DNA of 64,000 nucleotides from Babesia bigemina (Eukaryota): NCBI RefSeq assembly GCF_000981445.1, contig NC_027217.1, positions 1,302,001 to 1,366,000 of the forward strand, read 5' to 3'. Shown piece by piece: positions 36,469 to 49,263 of this stretch (position 1 is its first letter; each line of letters starts with the position of its first letter). The notes under the pieces were generated by a model. It saw only the letters and a program-made list of their open reading frames with translations, ran no database searches and was not told where the DNA came from. The position numbers and the translations under genes were made by a program.

Positions 36469-38489
36469 ATGGCCTCATCAGCGTTGAACTATGCATCCCA
36501 GCTGCGTCGTAACGACAATAAGGGCCCGTGCGGCGGTGCCCAACTGTTTGACACCCCCGCCGAGGTGTCTCGGAAATTCAAAAAGCTGTCTACCCTTCTC
36601 AGCGATTCCAAGTACACCTTATTGCACACTGGAGCAGGGATTTCCACGGCAGCCGGTATACCCGACTTTCGTGGGCCGTCCGGTGTGTGGACCGTCATGA
36701 GCCTGCAAAACGGCGGTGAGGGTAAGCGGCGCAAGATGACGGATGGTGACTGCACGGCTAAGAACACCGGAGACGTGGCGGTGGAATATGGGCACAAGAA
36801 GCTGGAGCCGGTTGAATTTTCGCAGGCCATGCCCTCCGAGGCTCATCTGGCCATCTTGGCACTGCTGCGTGCAGGGCACGTGCAAGCAGTGATCACCCAG
36901 AACATCGATGGCCTGCACGCAATCAGTGGCATGCGTTTCTCCGAATGTTCTGAGCTGCATGGCAACGTGTTCATCGAACGTTGCATTTCGTGCGGCCGCC
37001 GTTTCCTGAGGCCGTACGTGGCTCCAACCATCAGCTTCAAGCCGACTGGGAACCACTGCGGTATGTCTATTATGTGAAGGACGTTTCTAACGCCACAACA
37101 GGCATATGCCACTTCCCACCGTGTGGAGTGCTAACGGACGTGGTTCTGGATTGGTTCGACCGTTACGAGGACCACTTCGAGAAGCGCGCTATATCGTACG
37201 CTGAGGAAGCTGACCTCCACCTAGCGCTGGGCTCGTCGTTGCACGTGGAACCCGCATGCCACTACGCGTCTTCCGAACACTACCGCAAGGAGGACGCCCC
37301 GCTGGTTATCGTGAACTACCAGAAAACGCGTTTGCATGGTGAAGCAGACGTTGTTCTACACTGCGACGTGAACAAGATTTGCACGCGGCTGCTGAAGAGT
37401 TTGAATGTGGCTTTACCCAAGTTTCTGCGGCATTTCAACATGGTGGCTCTGCATTACAGGTTTGGCGGCCACAACAAGCTGCTTCTGCGTTTCCCGTGCA
37501 TCATCAGCATTTTTGTCAACGACGAGTATGCTTCTCTCAGCGGCGTATCGCACCGTTGTATCGATAGGGTCCAGGGGTTGCACGAGTTCACGTTTACCGG
37601 CGATTTCGAGGCCATTCTAAAATTATGGTTCGACGCCGAATTGGTATTGAGGGCACGGTTTTCGCCTGATTGCTCGTTCTCCGGGCTGGTGTGGCAACTC
37701 TGCCTTGCAGCAACGGATGGCGTTTTATCACACCGCAAGAACACCCAAATCGCACACGAGTTCGACGACGCAGGCGGTGAGGATCCTATATCGGTTGCTA
37801 GGTTGACGTTGTCCTACAACGCCGCCATGATCGCAAAGTCTGACGCATGCCGCGTCATCGCTAAATTGTGTTCTGAGGACAATACGATCCCCGGCTTCAA
37901 CGCTAGGGCCATACCGGAATCAATTTGCAGGCTCTTAACGTGCTTCACGTGGCTCTTCACTTCCGGTGACGGACCGTTCGCCGCACTAGCCGAGATTAAA
38001 GAAGATGTCGATTGTCTAGAGGAGTTCGAACCGATAGACCACCTTGATCTGTTGCCCGAGGCGATGCGCGTATGCGTCCGCCTTGCCCTCCAGCGACAGC
38101 TGGGTACCGTCTGCAAAAACCAGTTTTGCATCGACATAAAAGCGTTGAACGCCGCACGAAACGAGCCCTATACACTGGACGTGTATTTTGCAACTAGTGA
38201 AATACGGTTGCTTTGCTCACCGGAACACGAGTTCGGGGAGCTGCTGGATGCCATATCAGGGGAAATGCGCATGTGTCTACCCAGGAAGATCAGGCCCATC
38301 GCTTTATGCCGAGCGTCGTCATTCAACCCGCTAAATGAACTTTTCCTTACGGTGCTGAGGAGCAGTATGGAAGCCGTGATGAAGCGCCAGTCGACGACAG
38401 CGGCTGACGTGAAGCTCATCAAAGCAGTACAAACCGAGTTCCCCGTATGGGTTGCTTGCTATATAAGCTGCCTATTCGAGTGCCGCTAA
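36469..38489 (+). CDS. SIR2: Sir2-family NAD-dependent deacylase (SIRT6/Sir2B-like), 2 exons
   Basis: HTGAGISTAAGIPDFRGPSGVW, ITQNIDGLH, ELHGN, CxxC zinc ligands, LGSSL and IVN. Intron about 37062-37101. Long C-terminal extension. Confidence 0.93.
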
Positions 38490-38968
38490 CATCACACATG
38501 AGCGTAAACACATTATAGTACATGTATCACTGTTGAGATGTTCGGGCACAGGCCGAACCAACTACACACATCTGCACAAAACACACACAATGGTAGAGTC
38601 CTTACAATGTAGATTCGAACGATTATTGCAACTTATTACTGCCTAATAATGTACTTTATGACGTGTACAGCACCGTATAGGATAGCGATATAAAAAGACA
38701 CGATTTACCTCCTTATGCGACGCACATTTAAGGACAGACAGCCGATACATGTACAGCACTGATAATTGTCATCTAACAAACACACACATTTAATTTAATG
38801 GTAAAAACGAAGTTCCAGCTTTGCAACACACATAATCTTCGCGGCCTGTGGCACCATTATAGCACCCTTGTATACACCACCAATCGAATTATCGACATCC
38901 CCCCCAATGAGCTCATATGACCATCTTATCTTACACATTGGTGTTTTTGTATAGTGTTCCAATCTAAG

Positions 38969-40057
38969 ATGATACTTGCAAAAGTGTCTTTCGCAGCTCT
39001 GTGCTGCTTCATCGCACAGGCTGTTCGCGCTTCAGCAGAGCCTGGCGCAGGAGTGGCTGGTGCTCGGAGTGCAAGTGACCCTTCGCAACATCATGCTGAG
39101 CAGCCGCGGACGCTCCGTCATGAAATGATACTTCTCAGCCAGATACTAAATGTGTCTGAGTTAAGCAAAGACTTGGGCCCAAACCCTAAAATTACGAAAA
39201 CAGGCGTCACTCACGACACTCTTATGGACAAAATAAGAGCGGAGCTTGCGGGTTTAAAGGTCATTATTGATACGGAATTTCTCATTTTCTACGACTCCTC
39301 AGCACAAGATCAAATGCCGCGTTACAAGGGTGTAAATCGCTACTATTTTGTCAAGAGTCTTTTAAAATCCATGGCAAAAAAATATGAATGTGTGGCAGGG
39401 TTTTTGGCGACTGCCACTAACGAAACACCAGAGAAGGTTAAAGAGAAAATCATCGAGTGTAAATTCGCTGTAGCCGACAATATACGTGTAGATGCGAACA
39501 TAAATTTGAATTGGCTAAGGATGTTGTCCAAGGCGTTCTATGACAAAGATGGCGCTATTTTCAGAGTGTTGAAGCTTTTCGATGAGTATGAGGCTGCAGC
39601 GTCGAACCAACCACTGACAGATGACTCACATCCTCTCAGTAAATTCATCGTAGAAGATCAATACGATAACCGTGGCGATCCGTTAAGCAATATGGACAAA
39701 AATAACGCCGATATGGAAATAAAGATACCCGATACTGTAAGTGTAGTGTCCCCCTCGATGGAAGAAAATGTCTGTGACACCGTTAGCAGGGAAGATAACG
39801 GTGCAGTATCGATGCAAACTAATCAGGAGATGGATCACCACAGTCCAATGCCGAATAGCCGCGAGGCTAGCGGGTCGCCTGCTTTGCCGGTACAAGAGGT
39901 TGGACACACAGAGGTTCCACCTGCTCCTACTCCATCTCAGCCTTCATCTACCTCTTTGAGGACCGGAGGGGCTGAAGGGTCGTCGCAGAAAGCTTCTTCT
40001 GCCTACGATTCGTTTGTAACGCTGCTTCTTGCTGTCAGCGCGGTATTTGCGCTCTGA
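38969..40057 (+). CDS. GPI-anchored merozoite surface antigen, gp45/VMSA-like paralog 1
   Basis: Signal peptide, shared RTLR.EM and PRYKGVNRY motifs, P/S-rich linker, hydrophobic GPI signal. Confidence 0.85.
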   Translation: MILAKVSFAALCCFIAQAVRASAEPGAGVAGARSASDPSQHHAEQPRTLRHEMILLSQILNVSELSKDLGPNPKITKTGVTHDTLMDKIRAELAGLKVIIDTEFLIFYDSSAQDQMPRYKGVNRYYFVKSLLKSMAKKYECVAGFLATATNETPEKVKEKIIECKFAVADNIRVDANINLNWLRMLSKAFYDKDGAIFRVLKLFDEYEAAASNQPLTDDSHPLSKFIVEDQYDNRGDPLSNMDKNNADMEIKIPDTVSVVSPSMEENVCDTVSREDNGAVSMQTNQEMDHHSPMPNSREASGSPALPVQEVGHTEVPPAPTPSQPSSTSLRTGGAEGSSQKASSAYDSFVTLLLAVSAVFAL

Positions 40058-40562
40058 TTAAGGATGAGTTGACTCTCGGTTGTCGTGAAATCCTACACAC
40101 AGTGCGGATAACATGTTTGACAGAAAAATGTACGTCAAAACTTGTGTTGCTAATGTATTAGGAGCATCGTAGCGCTTTAGTGATGTCACTAATATTGAAT
40201 GATTCTCACGCCCATGACACAAAATAGCCTTTACGAAGCATAGTTGACGCCTTATCATGAGGATACGACGCGTAATAAAGATTCAATTTCGCATATAATG
40301 GCCACGATAATCAAACAGTAATAAGACAGGGATTGCATATGTATGCGCAGACGGCAGTTACGTGTGTGGCGTAGACAGTTACCATAATAGCGCGAATACA
40401 CAATAGGGTTCAAATAAAGACTAAGCTGCAACACGCAAAAATCTTGTAGCGCGTTGCACCAATATGCCGTAATAGCACCCCTATTACACCACTAAGCAAT
40501 GACTAATATGGCCGGATAATCGCACACATAAAAGTTTGATTTTTTCACTTCTCCCGTCAGAT

Positions 40563-41846
40563 ATGATGCTTGCAAACGTGTCTTTGGCAGCTTTGTGCTG
40601 CTTTATCGCACACACCGTCAGGTGTGCTGCAGTGCAGGGTAGTGTTGTGTCTTCTCAAGTTACTTCGGAGAAGCGTACAATGCTCCAGGAAATGCTGATT
40701 CTTAATGCCCTATTGGATATTAGCCCCTTTAAAGGTAGTGATCCGAAAAGTGCCCCGACTTTAATTGGTGAAGTCAAGCAGACAACTAGAGCCAAAAGAA
40801 TTTTTTCCGAACTTATGAAGTTGAAATCAGATATTGACACGAAGAGGAGCATTTTTAAGACGTCAAACAAGGAAGTTACTGCGCCTAATTATAAGGGAGA
40901 GAATCGCTATTTAGGTATAAAGGGTCTCTTGAATTCTATGGCACAGAAATTTGAACGTCTGAACGAACATTTGACGTCTGATACCGCTGACGATTCAAAT
41001 GAATTAAAGAAGAAGCTGGTACAATTTGATTTTGGCGACAACGATGATATACTGGATAATTTGCGTTTGAACGATGTGAAGGAATTTCAGAAATTATTTT
41101 ACAACATTAATTCTCCTATTTTCAATTTGCGTAAGCTTTTCCGTGACTATGAGGATTATCAATCGGATGCTAATGTGCAACCCAAAACGCATCCTTTTGC
41201 CGTTTTCATCACTGAAAGTGCAGACGGCGAAGAGTTAAAACCGCTTGACAAGGCGAATGGCAACATTACTTTTCTATCTCATCCTGGAGATTCGCAATCA
41301 ATATCAATTGTATATAACGACAATGGCAACACTAGTGAAAGGCAATCGTCTGCTTCTACTATAGATAGTCATGATGCAGCTGGGAAAGACAAGGTCATTG
41401 AAAATTCTAATGATGGACGTGATTCCCCAACTGAAATGGGAGTAGGCGGATCTTCCGAAAAAGTAATTACCGAACCATCGGAATCAGCATCTCGCGAAGA
41501 TGAATCTCTGGATAATGTTAGGGAAACTAAGGAGCAACAAATTTCGACCGGTGAGGTCAGCGGCGAGGATAACCGAGTGTCGGTTGTGCAAGCTCATGGA
41601 GGTGGTGATGCCATAAGGTCACCTGATCTACCGGTTGCAGATCCTACTCTAGCTCGGCCGTCATCTGCTTCTGAGGCTTTAGCACCTTCATCTCGAGTTC
41701 AGCCTTCTAATTCTCAGGAGATGCCACCTACTCCATCCGGCTCCTTGAGGACTGGATCGGCTGAGAAGTCGTTGCAGAAGGCTTCTTCTGCCTTTGATTC
41801 GTTTGTAACGATGCTTCTTGTTGTCAGCGCGGCATTTGCGCTCTGA
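40563..41846 (+). CDS. GPI-anchored merozoite surface antigen, gp45/VMSA-like paralog 2
   Basis: Same architecture (PNYKGENRY, HPF) with a longer S/E-rich linker. The 3' end is nearly identical to paralog 1. Confidence 0.85.
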   Translation: MMLANVSLAALCCFIAHTVRCAAVQGSVVSSQVTSEKRTMLQEMLILNALLDISPFKGSDPKSAPTLIGEVKQTTRAKRIFSELMKLKSDIDTKRSIFKTSNKEVTAPNYKGENRYLGIKGLLNSMAQKFERLNEHLTSDTADDSNELKKKLVQFDFGDNDDILDNLRLNDVKEFQKLFYNINSPIFNLRKLFRDYEDYQSDANVQPKTHPFAVFITESADGEELKPLDKANGNITFLSHPGDSQSISIVYNDNGNTSERQSSASTIDSHDAAGKDKVIENSNDGRDSPTEMGVGGSSEKVITEPSESASREDESLDNVRETKEQQISTGEVSGEDNRVSVVQAHGGGDAIRSPDLPVADPTLARPSSASEALAPSSRVQPSNSQEMPPTPSGSLRTGSAEKSLQKASSAFDSFVTMLLVVSAAFAL

Positions 41847-42363
41847 TTAAGGCTGAGTTAAGTCGCAGTTACAATGTAATCCAATGCACGATATATAAGG
41901 TGTATTAGAGAACAATGTTTATGTTAAAAATTGTTTTATTGATGTTTTACACGTTTATTCAGTTTGCTCTCTTATGCGGTGTTCACGCGATAGACACAAG
42001 GGAATGGTTACGAGGCATATTTGTCGCCTCATCGTACCACATTGCTCAATAAAGAAGATTATTGCGCATATATACTGCTGTGGATGTTTATGAAGGTGAA
42101 TGACACGGGGTAAGACACGAGAAAACACACGACCGATGTGTGCAGCAGACAACTGTAATGTAACAACAAAGAAATGTAATTAATTTAGCAGCATGAAAAT
42201 TAAAATTAGCACGCTTAGCACGACAATAGACAGGAATTGCGTAGTTTGTTGCACCTGCATTGAAATGTAGCACCCCTTCATACACTATGAATCCAATTCC
42301 TTATAACCCCATGTACTCAGGTTTACACACATTAATATTTTTGCTGTGGTGTTTCTATTTACG

Positions 42364-43416
42364 ATGATGCTCGCTAAGTTTTCTATCGCAGCCCTGTGCT
42401 GCTTAATCGCACAAACTGTTCGTGCTTCAACAGATCCTGTTATCGTTCCTGGTACTAGTCGCCCAAGTGACCCTTTTGGAATGGCGGTTGCAGAACAGCC
42501 ACGCACGTTGCGTGAGGAAATGCATATTGTTAGTAAGTTGCTAGATGTACAGCCTATAGTAGGGATGTATGGTGAGAACAAACCGGTGTTGCGCGAAGAT
42601 GTGCCCCAAAGGGAGAAAGTAGCAGATATAAATGCGAAGCTAGCGACATTGAAGGCATTAATTGACGGGGAGAAGTGGATTTTTCACGACTCACTTGTGG
42701 TGGAACTCCCTAATTACCAGGGAGTTAATCGCTATGTGTTTTTCAAGGGTCTTTTGAAGTCTATGGCACTGAAATTGGAGACTTTATATGGATTTTTGTC
42801 GACTGCTACTGACGTGCCAGAAAGTGATTTGGCGAAAAAAGCGATCGAATTGAATTTGGTTAAGGAGAATGAAATAGTTGAAGGATTGGATTTGGAAAAC
42901 CTCCAGATGTTCTTGAAGGTATTTTATAACAAAAACAGCCCTCTTTTTACCTTACTAAATCTTTTCGATGAGTACGAGGCTAATTTATCACCGAGAGACA
43001 TATGGTCGGCGAGCACACATCCTTTTGATCAGTTTTATAAAGATACGGATGGGGAATCTGAGGGGTTGAGTACTCTTGACGAAAGCAATTCCAGAATGGA
43101 AATCCATGTTCCGGATACTGTTAAACTGCCGAATTTGTCGGTGGATGTAGAGCAACCTGGGGTCGTCGTTAGAGAACATGCGGAAGCGGGTGCTGTACAG
43201 GTTAATGGGGAGAGGGCTGTTTCGGGCGCCACCACACATGGCGGTGACGCGAGGGGCGTAAACCCAACTCCAGGCGTAACTTCTACTACAACTACTACAT
43301 CGGAGTCGACGTCCTTAAGGTCTGGAGCTGCTGAGGCCTCACCGAAGAAGGCATCTTATGCATTCGAGCCGTTTGCAATGCTGCTTATTGTTATGAGTGC
43401 TGCTTTTGCGTTTTAA
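42364..43416 (+). CDS. gp45: GPI-anchored merozoite surface glycoprotein, probably gp45
   Basis: 350 aa from MMLAKFSIAALCC; ASTDPVIVPGTSRPSDPFG; GPI signal. Size and N-terminus fit B. bigemina gp45 as recalled (needs BLAST). Confidence 0.7.
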   Translation: MMLAKFSIAALCCLIAQTVRASTDPVIVPGTSRPSDPFGMAVAEQPRTLREEMHIVSKLLDVQPIVGMYGENKPVLREDVPQREKVADINAKLATLKALIDGEKWIFHDSLVVELPNYQGVNRYVFFKGLLKSMALKLETLYGFLSTATDVPESDLAKKAIELNLVKENEIVEGLDLENLQMFLKVFYNKNSPLFTLLNLFDEYEANLSPRDIWSASTHPFDQFYKDTDGESEGLSTLDESNSRMEIHVPDTVKLPNLSVDVEQPGVVVREHAEAGAVQVNGERAVSGATTHGGDARGVNPTPGVTSTTTTTSESTSLRSGAAEASPKKASYAFEPFAMLLIVMSAAFAF

Positions 43417-43932
43417 CGTCAGCGAAAGTGATTATCAGGTGACACGCGATCAACTGCGCGGCGGATAATGCATTTTTGACAGGGAGATTTATGTTAACAT
43501 ATCTTTTAATGTATTAGTAATAAGGGCATATATAGCAATCGTTTCCATTGTTAGTGAGTCAAGTAGCAATCATTTAGCGCAGTTGTTGGTTAGCTTTCAA
43601 CATTGGTTTTGCTCAATAAAGTGATTATGAAAATTATGAATCGGAATGGCCAATTAAGTATGGGACGGCAGTTTTGATGTTGGAGCACACATGTGCGTAT
43701 GCTGACGGTATATATAGGCTGTGCGTCCATTGTTTTTGATGTGCATATGATGAACAATATTATTGATTTAAAATCGGAGCAAACCAAGTTCATAAAAAGC
43801 GTGCACAAATTTCCACGTTTATTTTACCGTTTTACCTTTCTTATACACCCCACGAGTAGCTTTAGCGTTCGACCCCATGTAGTCAAGCAAAGACCAACGC
43901 ATTAGGATTGCCTTACGGTTTGCTTTTTAAAA

Positions 43933-45021
43933 ATGTTGCTTACTAAGTTTTATTTCGTGGCCTTGTGGTTTTCCATCGCTCAAGTAGTCGGGGCTTCACC
44001 AGGCGAAGATGGCGAAACCGCTCCTGCGCCACGTGCTGATGCTCAGCAAAGCGCCGTTGGAGCCCGTACATTGCGCGAGGAATTTATAATTTTGCGTGAC
44101 TTTATTGAGGCGTGGGATATTGATCTTACTGAAATCCAAGAGCCTCAGGTACTTGCTGCCAAAACGGATTTGGAAAGTCTCGCGAAGAAAACGGTCAATG
44201 AGCTTTTTACCTTCATTGTTAACATATATACCCACCAGGAAATTTTTACTGAGAAAACCGAACAAGATGCTAGTGTACCTAATTACAAGGGTGTTGATAG
44301 GTACCGCTTTTTGAAAGCCATCGTCTATTCAATGGGTAAGAAATTTATGGCGCTGGACGCTTACTTGAAGAAGGAGAGCACGAAGAAAATGGCTGATGAT
44401 ATAAAGAGACAGATGATTAAACTGAACTTCGCTAAAAGGATGGAATTTAGAAAGATTACTAGCCTACAAAGGATATCAAAGCTGGTGGATGATTCGTATG
44501 AATCGGAGGAGGCACCCATTAAAAAACTGCTGCAACTCTTTGTCGCTGTTGACGCGGCTTTGAAAGACTTAGGAACCCCTGATGCAGATCCTTTCGCTTC
44601 GGCTTACGTTGAGTCCTCAGGTGTAGGAGAGGAATTGCAGGAGGTCGACAAGGTCGCTTTAGCGGAGGCCGTAGAGCGTTCGTATGAGCTTGTACCGCAG
44701 CAAGAAAACTTGGATGCCTTGATTATTGATTTAGGACCGAGTGCGACTGGCGACCAGGCTACCGCAGCCCGCACTACTACCCAGTCCGCTGTGGAAGAAG
44801 GCACCTCTGGACACTTGCCACAACCTGCTGGTTCTCAGGGACCCAGAAGCGATGATGCTGAAAGGGGTGTTCCTGAAACCGGCGTTACCGGATCGGGTCC
44901 TGATTCTGCGACATCTTCTTTGAGACAGGAGGGTGAGGTCCAAACCACGACGAAACCATCATCCGCCTTCTGCTCGTTTGTAACAGCAACCCTTTTCGTT
45001 AGCATCGCCTTCGCACTGTAA
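43933..45021 (+). CDS. GPI-anchored merozoite surface antigen, gp45/VMSA-like paralog 4
   Basis: Signal peptide, RTLREEF, PNYKGVDRY, DPF and GPI signal. Most divergent member. Confidence 0.85.
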   Translation: MLLTKFYFVALWFSIAQVVGASPGEDGETAPAPRADAQQSAVGARTLREEFIILRDFIEAWDIDLTEIQEPQVLAAKTDLESLAKKTVNELFTFIVNIYTHQEIFTEKTEQDASVPNYKGVDRYRFLKAIVYSMGKKFMALDAYLKKESTKKMADDIKRQMIKLNFAKRMEFRKITSLQRISKLVDDSYESEEAPIKKLLQLFVAVDAALKDLGTPDADPFASAYVESSGVGEELQEVDKVALAEAVERSYELVPQQENLDALIIDLGPSATGDQATAARTTTQSAVEEGTSGHLPQPAGSQGPRSDDAERGVPETGVTGSGPDSATSSLRQEGEVQTTTKPSSAFCSFVTATLFVSIAFAL

Positions 45022-47011
45022 CCTACTGAATTGTAAATCGTTGGGCGTAGTTATAATGTGATCTGATGAACTTCAGGAATCATCTGTCCATGTTATAATT
45101 AACCTTCTCGCCATTAATATTTTTACGTGTATCCCGCTTTCCTAGGTTCGGTTTGTAATTATGTGTTTTAGTCTTAGTTTTTCTGAAATAAACCTTTTGC
45201 CGAATGCCATTCTATAAAATTGTTTATTTGGCGCTAGTTGTGCCGGTGTTTGCATATACAGGTTCTGACTTCCTTTAAAATGCATTGTTTTTCTTGAGAT
45301 AACTACTGATGACTGCGTACATATCGCGTTTAACGTCACTTCATGTTCTATTTTTCGAAATTTAATTTTAATGCTCTCTACAACGCCATTTGCTCTCCCA
45401 ATTGATGGATTCGTGGAATTTGGAAGCATTGCAATTTGGTGTTCATCATATCGCCTATGATTATGGACCTTTTATATCCTTGATAGCCTTTTTTTCTAAA
45501 CGTTTGTGTGGTGCTTAAGCACAATGTAGTGTATACGCTAAAATATGCTGACATCAGCATTCGTATTTTGTACTGCGTTAAATTAGTGTCTTCATATGCC
45601 TGCTATACCGTTGATTATGAGACATAATTTTGAAAATATGACATTGACTAAGCTACTACTTATTTTTCTGTGTAAATAGTTGAGAGTTTCAGAGTTGCCT
45701 GAATTTCATTATGTTTATTATACGCATATGTTTAGGTTTACCAGCTCATCCTTCCGCATGAATGCTGAAGTGAAGAATGTGATCTGCTACAATTCGTAAA
45801 AAAATTTTATTCCCGTGTTTTCCTTTTTTAGTGAGTTATATCTGCTGCCTATAAATGCGTTGATTAATCTTCATGAATAAACGTATTTAGACAGCCATCC
45901 GCCCATAACATAACACGAGCATGCAAATGATAGAAATCATAAGATCCCAGGAGCATCATTCTGACCATTAAGAACAATCATAGATCTATTGCCTATCCCC
46001 TCCTACGTAGGCGACAATATATAGAAATGGGATACTGCATTTGAAACATCCACCACCAACCAATCAGGCTAGTCGACCGCCTTTAATGGTCTAATGTTAT
46101 CAGTGGCATCGAAAGCTTATGGAAAACCAGCTGTAAGAAGAATACCATAGTGGGACATTTATATACAAGCAGGCACGTTTTGGAGCTATGTATAGCGAAA
46201 AAACATCTATTCATTGGTGCCGATAAAGGCAAAGACAAGTTAGACCGGATGCTTTTCAATTAGATTATTCAACGTTTCCTAGAAAATCTGGCCCATATGC
46301 CGCTGTACTGTGACCGCCTGTGGTTGCAATAATCCATGAGTACATCAACCCTGCACGATCATATGTTGATGCGATCATGTCGTTTGCTATTACATAACAG
46401 AACACTTTTGATAACCTTACCATTCGTGTCTTCTGGGATTGGCAAATACGGACCAGACTGCTGCCGAAAAAATGAGATAACCGCCTGCAATCATAGCAGC
46501 GCCTGTCGCAATATTACGTAGTTCGTTGAGTGTGCAGGAGAACTAACTTTTTAGATTGTCCTTGGAAAGAGTACGTTTGTGCACGTGATCATGCGTCATA
46601 TTGCTGTATTATATATATTCAATAATAGTGTAAAACTACATTTGAATTGCGACAAACTCTGTGACCACGTATCGCTTAGCAGCCAGACAAGGTTGTCTTC
46701 CGCAGGTGTATATATGCCTCTCAGTCTTCGGAGAAGACACAAGGCCGCAAATATTTAATTTATTGCGCTCATAAAAGAGCAACCTGGAAACATTATGCCG
46801 TAATATTCCAGTGTTGTGCAACCAACAGCTTAGACTGTGCTCCGTAATGTGTAGTGGTTAACACATATCACCCTTCTATTACACACTACTTATTGCCCTA
46901 TCGCTACGTTATTCAGTGAAGTTGATTGCTGTCGTGAGTCACAGCGTTAGTAGCTACATTTTACGTGTATTGATGCTTGCTTTTTCGGAAGCCGTGTCGT
47001 TCATTTAATGA

Positions 47012-48150
47012 TTATTCTTGAAATTCCGTCTCAGCAGTGGATTTCCTTTTTGCGGGTTTCGAGCGCTTCTCCTCATCATCGAAGTCAAACATGTCACTAT
47101 CGTCTTCGACTTCTATGTCCTCCATTTCCTTCACAGGTTTTTGATTCATCTGTGCCAAGGAGTCCTTGACTTGTTTAATCACTTCATCGCACTTGTCCTT
47201 GCCAATGTTTTTGCATACAAAACTCTCGATTTTGAAGTCTTCGGGTAAAGCCAGCTTGGCCCTTCGGAAGAGGTTTAGCCACATGTTGTAAGCGATGGGT
47301 GAGAGTGCTACCCTGATGTTGAGTGGCAGTGCTAGCATGGCCTTTTCGTTAATCTTAGCCAATGGAGGCAGCGCATGTCTGACACCGACCTTCAAGAATT
47401 CCTTGATGCACCTCAGCAGTAACTCTTTCATGGTGCTCTTCGCTACATTTTTGGTCGTGTGCCACGCCTTGATTGCCATCTGCTTCAGTTGGTCTAGGAA
47501 CTTCGATCCCTTATTCTGTTCAGGCTGCGTGTTGTCCACATTTTCAAGCAGAGATATGATGGTGTTTATGTGTTCAGGATTTTCGTAATCTAATCCCTGC
47601 GTCTCCAAAAAGCTCAGCATTTTCTGTGCCACAGCGTCGATGACATCATCGTGGAGATTGCTCATTTCGGCCAATACTACTCCTGCCATTTTGTCAACAC
47701 GCTCGATGTCACCTGAGAAACCATGACATTCTGGCTCGTGATATATAGTTACACGCGAATGTATCGCATACAATGTACTACTATACTTCAGATGCCTTCC
47801 GGAAGAATTACGCAGTAAAAGATGTCGGGAAGGCATCGAATTTTTGTGTAATATACAGGCATCACGCAGCGTGTTACATGTATCGCTCTTCGATTAACCG
47901 AAACTGCGATAATACTCTCGGCTACGGCGTCCTCACAACCTAAGGAAACGGCACATCAGGCATTAATACCATGACCGGAAATCACCACATAAACACAGTC
48001 ATGTAACACATCGACATAGAACCTACTTTCTCTGGCCAAGAACGATGGAGCCATGGTTGACGAGTGCGTTACATTGATGCGTGCCATGGCTGGGACGACG
48101 CAATGTGCGATAAGCACAAAGCCCGCTAGAGGAGCGGCGAACAACTTCAT
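47012..48150 (-). CDS. Secreted CelTOS-like protein A, 2 exons
   Basis: Signal peptide MKLFAAPLAG. A phase-1 intron 48026-47713 joins in frame. VAKSTMKELL..IKEFLKVG motif and acidic tail. Confidence 0.6.
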
Positions 48151-49263
48151 TTTGGATAATTCTACCACTACAGGTGCTATGATAACACAGTTATGTTACT
48201 GTACTAACACATCAGAATAACGGCGACGGATCCTCTGCCGCAAACGTCGTCGGCGATAACGACATCGGCACCCAAATGCATTCGTGGAAGGGTGCACATT
48301 ACAACGATTTTTATGGTAGACGATGGCTCCAGCCAATGCTACTGATGTAAACAGCCGTAATAACACAATTCAGACAAATGTAAAACATATAAAGAAGATT
48401 CCTTGAGATGTGCAAATGAATTGCTGCTACACAGGGCCCGGTGCCATAAATGTGTACTAAGCACATATCGCACATTGCGCAAACCTGCAGAATTCCGTTA
48501 GTTTGTAATCTTCGGAAAAGCCTTTTAAGTCATTCCGCGTGGTGTGTTTGTAACCCATCTTGCTAGGTTGCCTATGTCGTATGTATGTAATGTCTCATTT
48601 AAGACATATATGTTACACATTGCTCTGTGTTGCTATTTACTCCTTTTAAAATGGAAAAAAGGACATTCAAATATAAAACTTGATTACCTACTCGACAAGG
48701 CGCACGTAATGTTGCTGTCGTGATTAGCTACAGTTATTCCCTTTTCGTGCAGTTTCCCCCGCACAAAACAACTCGTTCTGCTCTCATCTGTTTTCCGGAC
48801 GTTTATGTTTGAGTTTTGATAAACTGCGTTCATATGTGTTGTGGACTTCCGTTTGCTGAGAGTGGCGGCGGTATTCTTTTAGACTTCTTCTTTTCACGTA
48901 TCGTGACTGGTACATGTTTGCATACCAAGTGTTGTTACGCCGCGGTATTACGCTAATGTTTTTGTTAAATATTACTTCCGCTCACCATGACAAGTATATT
49001 TATTTCTCTAGCTGTCATTACCAAAATGTAAATACACATATTAGGTCGCATACCAACTTAAGATGTGTTTTTGTACTGGCAGTGTTTTTTGTCGTCTTCA
49101 TCACGTGATGTACCGACTCCAGTTATAAAAAATTTTTATAAAGTCGAGGTGTCGCCCGTTCTTGTTAAATCATTTGGTAATATAGAGTATTTTTGATAAT
49201 GAAGCATTGAATACCCCGTTGTTCAATTTGAGTGCCCCAAACACAAGCTTCCGTATTACAGGC

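Noticed and set aside
45022..47011. 2-kb AT-rich gap after the gp45-like array (possible fifth paralog or centromere)
   Set aside because: No gp45 motifs seen, and the AT content does not look extreme enough to call a centromere by eye.
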